Of a stretch of DNA of 64,000 nucleotides, positions 31,041-45,074 are shown in pieces. Numbering within the stretch: position 1 is the stretch's first letter; every line of letters starts with the position of its first letter. Source of the DNA: Eledone cirrhosa (Eukaryota). The stretch covers positions 1 through 64,000 of the forward strand of contig CAXHJY010000551.1 in NCBI GenBank assembly GCA_964016885.1, given 5' to 3'. The notes under the pieces were generated by a model. It had not been told where the DNA came from. It did not search any database and saw only the letters and a program-made list of their open reading frames with translations. The position numbers were made by a program, and so were the translations under genes.

Positions 31041-31466
31041 TTAGAGCAAACATCACGGGTGCTCTATCTCAAAATTATTTTTGAGATAGAGCACCCGCAA
31101 AATTATTTTTGAAAAGCATTAGACATGCGCAACCGGTAAAAACTTAAAACCAAAACTGAATACTAACCAATACTTATTACTAATTTTTACTTATTCCTAA
31201 TTAAAATATTTTTCACTGGGAACAATTTGTCAACATTTTCTTTTCCGTTTACCAATATATATCTCAACCTGATTAGTTCTATCGTTCCTTTGGTATATAT
31301 TGTGTGTTAGTTTAGCCTATCACAATGTTCGATTTGTCAAGCTATTTAAACGTATGTTATAACTCTGAGACCTATCTTATCGAGTGCTTTGCTAACTCAT
31401 CACTTCATATAAGTAGGCCGAATTTACTTGCAAACCGCCAGAGATTCGATTTTACTGATTTCCAAT
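31037..31466 (+). mobile_element. PLE-like 3' remnant with a short 5' fold-back and tail hairpin
   Basis: 19-bp hairpin 31056-31097; LKPKLN-like reading (~31144-31161) reminiscent of a GIY-YIG end; tail hairpin 31362-31388; (TA)n on both sides. Confidence 0.5.
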
Positions 31467-31798
31467 TATATATATATATATATATTGTTATAATTTGATA
31501 GGGTCATGTTGTCAAATAAAATACAAGCACTGGTCGAGTTTTACTTAAGTTCGTTTTTAGTTGAGTAACAAATCCGTACATCGGTTAGTTTAAGCAACCG
31601 GATGGTGGTTTAAATGTTAAAGCTATTTCGTCACATATCCTGTATCATTATCAATACCTATTCATCCTCCTATGTTCTGATCTTGTTCTATCTACTTCAT
31701 CTTGTCCTTTTGAGATAAATAAGACAGGATGGAGTAGATTTTGGCCACCTCTCACACTCACTCTCTCTCTCTCTCTCCTTCTTACACCTTTGACCACT

Positions 31799-31867
<69 letters not shown>

Positions 31868-32273
31868 AACTATCACCATCTATCTCTCCATATTTTACAT
31901 GGCCATTACAGCGCCAACATACAGACGTCACAAGTAGTTTCCCAGCAGCTATTTTTAATTCCATATTCCATTCATTCTTCCCTACAGTAACCTCCTTCTT
32001 TCCTTCTATTTCTGCCATTTTCCCTCCTCCACATCAATATTTTTTCTCGTCACTATTCATTACGTCCATCGTTAAAATATCTATTTAACTAACTGTCTGT
32101 GTCTGTCTGTCTGTCTCTGTCTGTCTGTTTATCTATATATCTATGTATCTTCGTCTACCAATCAACGCATCTCTCTCTAGCTCTCTCTCTCTCTCTCTCA
32201 CACACACACTCCCAATCCTTCTTTCACATTCCGCATCGTATTTATATATATATATAAATATATATCTATGTGT

Positions 32274-32369
<96 letters not shown>

Positions 32370-32478
32370 AATTGAGGTTGGTAATGGCACATGGAATATA
32401 TAAGAGACAGAATACTTTTTTGTGAAAAAACATATAATTTTATAAGGTAAGGAAATAATAAAGGGTATAATAAAGGGT

Positions 32479-32972
<494 letters not shown>

Positions 32973-33171
32973 CATATGAATCAACGTTGAGTCAGATGTT
33001 ATTAATTTTCAGTATTGCATAATATGTATTTCAGTGAAAACAGTATATAGCCGTTATGAAATATTTACAACAGCAACCGGCACCTATGTGACATCATCAG
33101 ATGTCAACACAGTTATGCGTGGAAGCTGATATGCCACAAGCAAACGCTTCCCAGTCCAGCGAAGACATCAT

Positions 33172-33226
<55 letters not shown>

Positions 33227-33231
<5 letters not shown>

Positions 33232-33511
33232 ATTAAATAAATGGAAACTATATTTATAAAACCATATTTATTTCGTTATATATATTTCTATTTATTTATA
33301 AGACTGTTTATATTGTACTTTGTCTGAAGAAGGCATAACATATTGTTAATATGATATCCCTGAAATATATATAACGAAATAAATATGGTTTTATAAATAT
33401 AGTTTCCATTTATTTAATATCATAAATATACTCCAAATACTTGTTGAGTGCTTTTATATCAGTTATAAATATTTACTCGTTGTTAACCCAACAATTTAAA
33501 TATAACTTTCC
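33227..33511 (+). mobile_element. PLE-like fold-back insertion, family C, with hammerhead
   Basis: Inverted arms 33227-33288 / 33362-33423; CTGAAGA 33324-30, GAAA 33362-65; tail to 33511; flanked by (TA)n. Confidence 0.8.
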
Positions 33512-33527
33512 ATATATATATATATAT

Positions 33528-33585
33528 ATTCTGGTCCAGAAATAGCCATCGAAAGGGCTTGAGCTCTGCCGTCGGGGTCATACTT

Positions 33586-33589
<4 letters not shown>
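33528..33589 (+). mobile_element. Family B variant fragment
   Basis: ccagaaatagccatcgaaagggcttgagctctgccgtcggggtc matches the 57640 copy. Confidence 0.65.
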
Positions 33590-33650
<61 letters not shown>

Positions 33651-33653
<3 letters not shown>

Positions 33654-33840
33654 AAAAACAACCTTGACGGTTGAAAGTTCACTGGATAGTCAGTGAACTT
33701 TCAGTGAACTTTCAACCGTCAAGGTTGTTTTTCCACGGTTATGTCAATATTTATGAAACAAATCTTGTATTTTATCTGATGAAAGCGCACCAAGAATGCC
33801 TTGGTTGTCCTTGAAATATATTATAAAATAATTCATATTT
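33651..33840 (+). mobile_element. Family C insertion with a 34-bp 5' fold-back and hammerhead
   Basis: tggaaaaacaaccttgacggttgaaagttcactg and its inverse ending 33735; CTGATGA 33776-82, GAAA 33813-16. Confidence 0.75.
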
Positions 33841-33990
33841 ATATATATATATTTATATATATATATATATATATATATAGTAATAATAATAAATTTGAAG
33901 ACTAAAATTCAAAGAGGGCTCGATAAGGATGTTATTTTAATAAATATATATATATAGGAAGACATGTTTATACTCACACATATGTATATA

Positions 33991-34188
33991 AGAAAAGAGT
34001 CAGGACCCCGACGGCTGAGCTCCAGCCATTTCGACAGCTAGATCCGAACGGTTCGGATTTAGCCGTCGAAACGGCCGGAGCTCAGCCCTCTAGGTCCTTA
34101 CTCTTTTCCTATTACCCACTCTACTACCCTAAGTATTGAGTACTCTGCGTTATAATCCACCTGGTATCTTACCACACCCTCTTTGTTC
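33991..34188 (+). mobile_element. PLE-like fold-back insertion, family B
   Basis: Palindrome 33992-34108; tail with hairpin 34118-34141. Confidence 0.78.
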
Positions 34189-34369
34189 TATATATATAAC
34201 CAAAGCAGTTGACTTTAAAATCATCTGAGAAATTTGAGATTTGTGCATTGCAAATGACGATAATAATATTCGATCACTGTAAATAATATTTGTGAAAATC
34301 GGGTCGTTATGCCTGCCACCCGTGTTGTCCAAGGGAAAGGCAATGGCACTAGTAGTGTCGCAATTTATT

Positions 34370-34497
34370 TCTACAGCTGAGTTAACTAGAGCATCGTGAA
34401 AGCAAGTGTTTTGCTGAAGAACACGGCGCACCGCCCTGTCCAGGATTCGAACTCACAAAGTTACAATTGTTAGCTCAACGCTCTAATCACTTCACTG
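34370..34497 (-). mobile_element. tRNA-derived SINE family S4, degraded head
   Basis: Minus-strand gagttcgaatcctgg B-box and gtgttcttcagcaaaacact, as in the 38465 copy. Confidence 0.6.
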
Positions 34498-35278
34498 TCT
34501 ATGAAAACGTATATTCTATGATAAAATAAAGCTGTCTGTGTGGGGTCTATAGAATTAAGAAAGGAAATATTACAGAATTTGGTGTGGGTAGAGGATATCG
34601 TAGTCCGTAAGTGTGATGCGTGGTGTTAGAGTTTTTTTAACCCGACAAAAGCAATTCACCAGTTCGTTAGGTTTAAATGGAAGGGTTGGAGACAGAGGTT
34701 CAAGAAATATGCCCCCGTATTCAGAATGTTTGAGGAGTTGTTATATGGTGGTATCATTTAAGTTCCTTTTTACAATCTATCGATCCTCCCGACTATTTCG
34801 AATCACTAATTTGGAGGATGGACACTGTTATCAAGAGACCAAGATGTCTGTGAAGTTGATGTACACCAACCTCACTTAATATTCACTCAGATTGCAGCAT
34901 CATGGATCTATGGAATTGTTTCATAATTTTAGATGCAATTGAATGTATTGCCCATGACATAATTAAGTGAGGCTGTCACTTCAATCAATGGATTTTGTGG
35001 GTTGCCAGGAATGATGATGGGGAAGATTTCTTTGAAAAAAAAACAAAAAAAAAAACGTACCGAAGATCACTAAACAATTCATACTGAAAAACAATAATTT
35101 GAATAATGTGATGGATTGTGGAAGCAATATACCACGTATGATGCGGACTGGCTGTATACCCAAACAGATGCATACCATTCATGCACACACGCAGGTTCTT
35201 TCTCTCTCTCTTTCTCTCACACACGCACATGTACACGTGCGCGCACACACACACACACACCCACACACACACACACAT

Positions 35279-35354
<76 letters not shown>

Positions 35355-36249
35355 ATGTTAAGAATTAATAGCGATGAGGAAATAAAAGTGGTGATACACT
35401 CTCTAGCCTTTCACCATGGGCTCATTACTGACACACTCTCATCCAATACCCCCACCCCGCAGGGCACTTTTAAAGCGAAATTAAATAGAGTTAAGTTGAT
35501 ATGCAGTTACAACAGAGCACCATCTCAAACTACTACAAAATATCCTACTACTATAGCGCACACGTATATAAGCGGGAAGCAATGCCACTTATCTACCTAG
35601 CTACTTATCTGCCTATATCAGAAGTTTTTCATCATCAAAGATGCTGACATGTGCTTCCTACATGCATACATAAAGCTGATATATTGTGTAACTGACACAC
35701 ATATACAACAATCCTTAGTACACATATATGCCACCACGCACTCTTGAGCACAGACTAGCTCATATAAGCATATACACATAAACGCACACGCACACTGAAC
35801 GTGTGCAAGCACGTAATAGTCTATTCATTCACAAATTTTAATGAATGAAACTGATGGTAAGAATGCAGGTTTAAACCGCGTGGGAAGAAAAAGAGGAAGA
35901 GAGGAGGGAGAAAAATAGGGAGTGAGAGAGAGATGAAATGGATGAGAGTGAGAGAGGGGTGTGAAGCGTAAAATGGAGGGTGGATTGAATAAAGTAAGGT
36001 AAGGAGAGGGAATGAAAGATGATGAAATAACTACGTAGTAAGTGGGAATGGGGCAGTTAGTGAGATACGCACACACATACACACAAAGACGCAGACGCAC
36101 ACACAGATGCACACACACGTACACTCACACACACGTGCACACCCACAGACACAGACACACACGCACACACACACATATATATATGAGTTATGTTGGCATA
36201 TACATGTATATGATACACATGTATGTGTGTATAATGTGTAAATATATAA

Positions 36250-36320
<71 letters not shown>

Positions 36321-36739
36321 GCCAGGCAGAAAGATTGAGAGAGAGAAAGAGGGGGAGATTAAAGAGGTGGGATTTTCTAGCGGAAAGGGGATTATGTGTT
36401 GGAGGATAAGTGGAAATGAAGATATGGGGTGGGATTGGTGTAATAGAGTTAATCATTAAATGCGATAAGATAAGAATGTTGTTTAAAAGATTTAACAACA
36501 AAAACAACGCCAACAACAATGACAACAACGAATAAACCTGAGAACAACAACGTGGTTGGGGAAAACTCTTTAGTAGCTTGGTGGGGGAGATCACATAAGA
36601 ACCTGTGGGTGTGAGGAAAGAATGAATTTTTAATTTCAGAAATGTATAAATATGCAACTTATATTAAGGTATGACAAATGCACTTTTTTCACAATTTTCA
36701 ATTAAATTATATATTTGCAATAAAGAAGGAAGAATATAA

Positions 36740-36888
36740 TAATTGTTTCTACTTTTGACACAAGGCCAGCAATTATTCCAGTACATTACTGGTACTTTAT
36801 TTTATGGACCCCGTAAGGATGAAAAGCAAAGTTAACCTCGGCGAGATTTGAACTCAAACCGTAAAGGGGAGTAACTGTATGCTGCAAT
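36740..36888 (-). mobile_element. SINE-A copy
   Basis: aattgtttctact...gttaacctcggcgagatttgaactc. Confidence 0.8.
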
Positions 36889-37346
36889 ATAACAATGAAA
36901 TTAAGGGGAAGGGGTAGAAAGCGACATATTCTACACCCCAATCTCGGCAGTGCTTCTCAGCTGCGCCCCGCGGTGAACAGAGACGAACCGAGGAAAGAAA
37001 TGGTCTCGACGACAACCAGCAGGAAAAGAAAGCGTGTGGTCAGGTCCTGGTATATGGATGTTAAAGTCGGAGAGAATGCCAGCCGATTTTTGTTCAGGCT
37101 TTCTGTTCTAGGAGTTTAAATCCTACTGTGGTCACCGTTTCCTGGTCTCCTTTTGGGGTCTATAAAATACCGATTCTGTACTGGGTGGCGATCGATTCTT
37201 CTTTCCATTACTCACACCCACAAACACACACACACATGCACACACTCACACACACTCAGACAAACATTCACATGCACACACACAAACACACACATACACA
37301 CACACGCACGCCTTTTCATTGGAAGAAATTAGCATTTATATACTGC

Positions 37347-37696
37347 ATCCAAATCTAAATCCAGGGCCTTCTCATTCCTGTTGGAGGAATACAGCCTCGG
37401 TTGACGTCAACTGCTTTCTATTTCTGGCCATTCCGTGCCATGGGAGGCCGTCGTATTTGGTCAGACCATCGTACCATCTTGAGTTTGGCCGCCTTCGGTT
37501 TATTTTCCATTGCCTTTGTACCTGCCCTGTCACTCTAATAGTCCCCTTGTTGACTCTGAAACGAGATACATTGCCAGTCCATCATAAAGGGTAGATAAAC
37601 TCTTCAGAGTCAACGGCTATCAACCCCAACTATGGGTTAAATAGCCTGACCAACTAACAATTGGCCAACTGTGGTGAGTATGGCTACACCCCTGAC
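37347..37696 (-). mobile_element. Bipartite RTE-derived element (5'UTR-like part fused to the ORF 3' end)
   Basis: 37581->37372 reads WTGNVSRFRVNKGTIRVTGQVQRQWKINRRRPNSRWYDGLTKYDGLPWHGMARNRKQLTSTEAVFLQQE*, matching the RTE C-terminal pattern WAGHVAR..RW.D..W...A.NR; the upstream part matches 3026-3113. Confidence 0.75.
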
Positions 37697-38464
37697 ATAA
37701 CCAAATATAGAGTATGACATTGCAATGTACAAAAGTAGACTAATACAGTCACACCACACAGACAATCCTCGGATTAGCATGTAAAATAAGAAACATGCAC
37801 TGCCGCCTGTTCTTTATATTCGTAACGAAATCACACACTTTGTCATCAACGATCGCGTGCAAGAAGTCAGTATTGAAATATAATATATGTATCGCTGCTA
37901 TAGAGATGTAATTTGTATGTATTGTTTTGTTAGCTTGCATTAAGTTATATCATATGCTTGCAGCTCAAATGATTACATTAAAATTATTCAATAAGCGAAT
38001 TAATTATCATCACCGTAAAATATGTTAGCATTAATTTTAATATTGCTTCCTTGTGTATGATGACATCTCTGAGTAATTAACCTCAGTTATTTATTTATTT
38101 ATTTTTAATATGCTGGTTTTCGCAACGTCTCGTATACATCTCATGGCATCTTACCTACCCTCATCATCGTTTAAGCAAATATGGTGAAGATGTTTTTTTC
38201 TCTGAAGAGCTCTAACAAACTGATATATATCCGGAGTTGCCTCCTTCACTTGCTGTAAAAATGATTGGAATAATATTTGTCGTTGAACTAATGCTATCTT
38301 GTTCTCATCGCAGTAATATATTTTTCAAGTATATCAGAAGTTTACCTATAAAAGTTTCCTTCTGAGCTGAATTCCCCCCATGGTATAAAGAACAACAGCA
38401 ACAACAAAAAGCTTAATTACAATAAATCCTTAACCTAAGAAGGTGGGGGTATATCTCTCATCAA

Positions 38465-38752
38465 CCAAAGTCTAAAGTCTCTTTCTAGACATATGGCTCA
38501 TCAGGTCGGTGGTTATCTCGGTTTCCGTGGAGTGAAGCGACTGACAGTATAAGACTTCCCCCTGGACAGGACAGCAGTCCATCGCAGGGTTAAACCTCCA
38601 GCTATTGCTGGTACTCATTTTCAGCTGAGTATACTGGAGCAACGTGAAATGAAGTGTTTTGTTCAAGAACACAACACGCAACCCAGGAATCGAACCCATG
38701 ACATTATGATCGTAATTCCAATACCCTTACCATTAGCCCACGTGCCTCCACA
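38465..38752 (-). mobile_element. Full-length tRNA-derived SINE, family S4
   Basis: A-box gtgggctaatggta, B-box gggttcgattcc, ttgtgttcttgaacaaaacact core, aaccctgcgatggact body, agactttagacttt tail. Confidence 0.85.
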
Positions 38753-38761
38753 TCTTGTACC

Positions 38762-38910
38762 AAGAAGGTTGTGAATTATCTCTCATCAGCCAAAGTCTAA
38801 GGTCTCTCTCGATACCGATGGCTCATTAGGTCGGTGCTTATCTCGGTTTCCGTGGAGTGAAGCGACTGAGAGTATAATCCAACACCCTTACCATTAGGCC
38901 ACGAACCTCA
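38762..38910 (-). mobile_element. Tandem duplicate of the S4 SINE plus flank, internally deleted
   Basis: aagaaggt..tatctctcatca.ccaaagtctaa repeats 38437-38475; the SINE tail is joined directly to its head. Confidence 0.75.
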
Positions 38911-39561
38911 ATCAGCCTATTAGTAAGTAAACAGGTGATACGTCAACAGACCTATCAACTCTCCCCGTCCGACGGGGAGATTTCCCATCCACTTTGGGAT
39001 AGGTGAGAGATGTGTTCGCTTGCGAAAATGGGCATAGCTTTCATTTGTATGTAAACTCTTCCCATTTTGCTTCATTTCTCCCTGTTTTGGGGTACCTTTT
39101 TATGGTACTTCCCGAATGGGTTTTTAGAGATTGACAGGTCTGAGTCAGGACAGATTTTGGATTCTTATGATTACGAAAGGTTAAACTTTTCATTCCATAA
39201 AAATATTTATAACATCAATAACAACAAGAACAAGAGCAATGGCAACAACAAAATATTAATGAGCACAATTGCTGCTCCTTAAAGCTATGAGTCCAATTCT
39301 GTAATCAAAATAAAACCAACAACAGTCATGGTAGTTTACCTCGAAGTTCTTTTCATGTATTCAGTTCACACAAGGATATGATAGTCTAAACTGATGTTAA
39401 ATTTGCACATGCGAACACACACGCGCATGCGCACATGTGTGTATGTTTGTCAGTAAGTTATTCCTTAATTATACAAATTCCAATTAACGAATATATTTCC
39501 TTGGCTTCGAGCGCAACACATCTCTCTCTCTATCTATCTATCTCTATATATAGATATATAC

Positions 39562-39652
<91 letters not shown>

Positions 39653-39802
39653 CCTCTCGCATGCACTGCTGGAAGATTCCGGAAACAGATCCTGTGTAAC
39701 TTTCATTAAAATAATGCATGTTGTTTCTTCGAAACAAATATGTAGACATTTGTCCAGAGGCAGCACATTAATAAAAGCTCGTAGATCCAACCCTCGTCTA
39801 CA

Positions 39803-39840
<38 letters not shown>

Positions 39841-39882
39841 TACACAAACACACACACACTCATACATACACACAGAGACACA

Positions 39883-39940
<58 letters not shown>

Positions 39941-39977
39941 TATATATATATATATATATATAAATATATATATATAA

Positions 39978-40072
<95 letters not shown>

Positions 40073-40365
40073 TGAGTATATGTATGTACGTACGTATGTA
40101 TGTATAAAAATCACTACATAGCTACAATCCAGTGATTCAAACGAGGAAAAGAGTACGCATTGACACTCGCATACATAATTACATTAATTAAATGCGTAAT
40201 AACGAAGATCATTTAATGAACGAAGAGCTCAATACATATGTAGCGTAATATTAGTATAGTTATTTTAGTTTGAATTCAAAAATTGTATGTATGCCTCAGT
40301 GCGTATGAATGTGTGTGTATGTGTGCGTGGGTGTGTATTTCTGTGTGTGTCTGTGTGTGTGTGTA

Positions 40366-40576
40366 GGGAAGAGAGTCAGGATCCCGACGGCTGAGCTCCG
40401 GCCGTTTCGACAGCTAGATCCAAACTAAGCCAACAGTATGGATCTAGCTGTCGAAACGGCCGAAGCTCATCCGCCGGGGTCCTGACTCTTTTCCTTATTA
40501 TCCACTCTACTACCCTAAGTATCGAGTACTTTGATGCGTTATGGTCCACCTGGTATATTACCACACCTTTATTGTT
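40366..40576 (+). mobile_element. PLE-like fold-back insertion, family B (~17-nt loop)
   Basis: Arms ...gctagatcca / tggatctagc..., loop aactaagccaacagta; same tail; ends in (TA)n. Confidence 0.78.
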
Positions 40577-40593
40577 ATATATATATATATATG

Positions 40594-40633
<40 letters not shown>

Positions 40634-40859
40634 TATGTATATATAAAAAATTCAAACCAAGCACGACATATAGTAACTCTTACTTGTGTAACTATTTTCA
40701 AGAGAGAGAGGAAGCTGGAAGATTGGTGACGAAACAATAGATCGGTCGGGAGAGGAGGCATCTAGTCAGGGGTGCGGTGTAGGAGCCGAGGTGGAGAGTT
40801 CTGGTCTATCATACATGTATATAGTGAAAGAGGTGAGAGTGCTAAAGGTAGAGGAATGC

Positions 40860-41945
40860 CAGAAATTTCGTGGGAAGGGAAAAGTTGATTAAATCAACCC
40901 CAGTAGATGACTGCTACTTCATTGTATCGACCAATAAAAGATGGAAGCCAAAGTTACCTCAGCGGGATTTGAACGAAATTATGCATTGTATTAACAATAC
41001 GATTGCTCCGAGTTTAGGTGATTTTATATAATATATGTTATATTTTCTTAATATTCATAAATGTTTATTCTGACATAATGCTTTCTGATTTAGGCACAGG
41101 GCCAACACATTTAGGGGAGGGGAAAATCGATTGAATCGACCCCAGTACGTTACAGGTACTTTATATTATCGACCCCTGTAAGGATGAAAGTCAGAGTTAA
41201 CCTCGCATGATTTGAACTCAGTACATAAAGGTACGTAATTATTTGTTTTCCAATGCTCTACCGTTATAGCCAATGAACCAAGTCTGTTCATCTGAAATAA
41301 TGATTTCTAATTTAGGCACAAAGTCGACAATCGACCCCAGTACATGATTGATACTTTATTTTATCGACCTCGAATGGATGAAATGCAAAGTAGACCTTAA
41401 TGGGATTTGAATTCAGGACTTAAAGTGCCGGAATAAATGCCGCAAAGCATTTTCTCCGACACTCTAACGATTCTACTAATCCACCGCCCTTTGTTTATTC
41501 TAAAATAAGGGTTTCTGATTTAAGCAAAAGGCAAACAATTTTGGTTGAAGGAAAAGTCGATTAAATAGACTCCTGTGCGATATTGGTATTTTATTTTATC
41601 GCCTCTGTAAGGATGGAATCAAACCTCGGCAGGATTTCAAATCAGAATATAAAGAGCCATAACTCTATTCCACGAAGCAGGGTATCTGATGCTCTACCGA
41701 TATTGCCAATCCATCGCGACCATAATGATTTCTCATCTAGGTACAAGGCCAACCATTTTTTGGGGAAGGGAAAGTCAATTAATTCGACCCCAGAGCATTA
41801 CTGGTACTTTATTTTATCGACCCCGTAAAATTGAAAGACAAAGCTAACTTCGGCGGGATTTGAAATCAGAACATAAAGGTCCGTAACTCTATGCCACAAT
41901 GCATGTTGTTCGACGCTCTAACGATACTACCATTCCATCGCCTTG
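40860..41945 (-). repeat. Head-to-tail array of about five diverged SINE-A copies
   Basis: Repeated tcgaccccag...tactttattttatcgac...ggatgaaa...gatttgaa units starting near 40860, 41075, 41297, 41503 and 41723. Confidence 0.8.
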
Positions 41946-42459
41946 TTTACTCTAAAATAACACACATTAATGTTTCAATAAGCAAGGAATAATGGGTATT
42001 TAGTTAATAACTATATCAACATTTTCAGTTTCTTTTTCTTTTTCTTTTTCTTTTTCTTTTTCTTTTTCTTTTTCAACGTATAGTTCAAGTATGTTATTCG
42101 TGTTGAGCTTTTTTTACAGAGTTTTGTTATTAATGTGGCTGCCCAAGTTGTATATGTGGTCATTCCACAAAAATGAAGTTCTTCAATTTGATTACACTTC
42201 ATGATATCTTGGCAAGGCGGTTTTTAGTAAAGCACAGGTTGAGACAAAACTGTGAGTGAAATTATGTAGATGAATGTTAGCATTCATTCACAAGTCCATC
42301 CATATCATAACTTATCATGATGATTCTACATGAGACCTATTTTACGATGAACGTGTCTGTGGAATAGTTACACTCTTTCCAGTTAATTCATTCCGTAGAT
42401 CGATCAGTTGTTTGAGCAACAGCAATCACGTCATATAGATTACGACGAGAGAGTCCATT

Positions 42460-42506
<47 letters not shown>

Positions 42507-42510
<4 letters not shown>

Positions 42511-42586
42511 GTTGCAACATAAATTCCCGCCGTTTTTTTTATTAAGAGATTTTATAGCAACGGCGGGAATATATGTCACAACCCAA
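42507..42586. mobile_element. 80-bp mariner MITE (MADE-like architecture)
   Basis: TA-ttgggttgcaacataaattcccgccgtt ... aacggcgggaatatatgtcacaacccaa-TA. Confidence 0.85.
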
Positions 42587-42694
42587 TATTTACAATGCAA
42601 AAGGTCAACAATGTGAACAGTAAAGTACGAAGATATATATTATTTTAACGCTTCATATCGTAGAAGTCCCCCCACCCTCTCTCCCACACACACG

Positions 42695-42744
<50 letters not shown>

Positions 42745-42747
42745 ATG

Positions 42748-44203
<1,456 letters not shown>

Positions 44204-44213
44204 TTGGATATAC

Positions 44214-44247
<34 letters not shown>

Positions 44248-44621
44248 ATTTATATATATATATATATGTGTATATATATATACAAATATATATGTGTGTG
44301 TGTGTGTGTATGTGAGTGTGAGAGAGAGAGTGTGTGTGCGTGCGTACGCCTGCATCGTGATGTGACCAGGTTTTTATTTCTCGTGTCCTATTGTCTACTG
44401 TCACACAACTACGAGAGTTCACCACTATCTCTACCACCACCTCCATAACAACCACTACTCCACACTCTATTCTCCTCTAAAAATACCTATACGAAATAAA
44501 ATATAAACATGCCAAGCTCTCCAGGTATGGAAGAGGACCTCTATCTCCCCCTTCTCCCTTCCATAATCGGTCGATTTTAACGTTGAAGCAGCAAGCCAGT
44601 GAGGGACCACTTTTAATCAGC

Positions 44622-44675
<54 letters not shown>

Positions 44676-44805
44676 CAGAAGAAGAAGAAGAAAAATGAAC
44701 TGAATATATGAGTAGTAAATGATAGAAGGGGGTACTAAGAAAAACTGCTTCAGAAAAGGTAAAATCGGTTAAGAGGGAATTCGTGTATATATACGTACCC
44801 CCCCC

Positions 44806-44840
<35 letters not shown>

Positions 44841-45015
44841 TGAATGTGTATGTGTGCATATGTATGGATATATGGATGAGTGTGTATGTATATATATATA
44901 ATATTTTATTATGTGAGTCTTAAATGAATAGTGAGTCTTGTTACTCTGGAGTTTCGCCTGTTTATCACAGGGTCATCAGAAAAGAACGTACAACCACATA
45001 CGGATATATTTATAT

Positions 45016-45074
<59 letters not shown>

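Noticed and set aside
40860-41945. CRISPR-like or tRNA gene array
   Set aside because: Eukaryotic context; units are ~200-bp diverged SINEs with only A/B boxes and no cloverleaf
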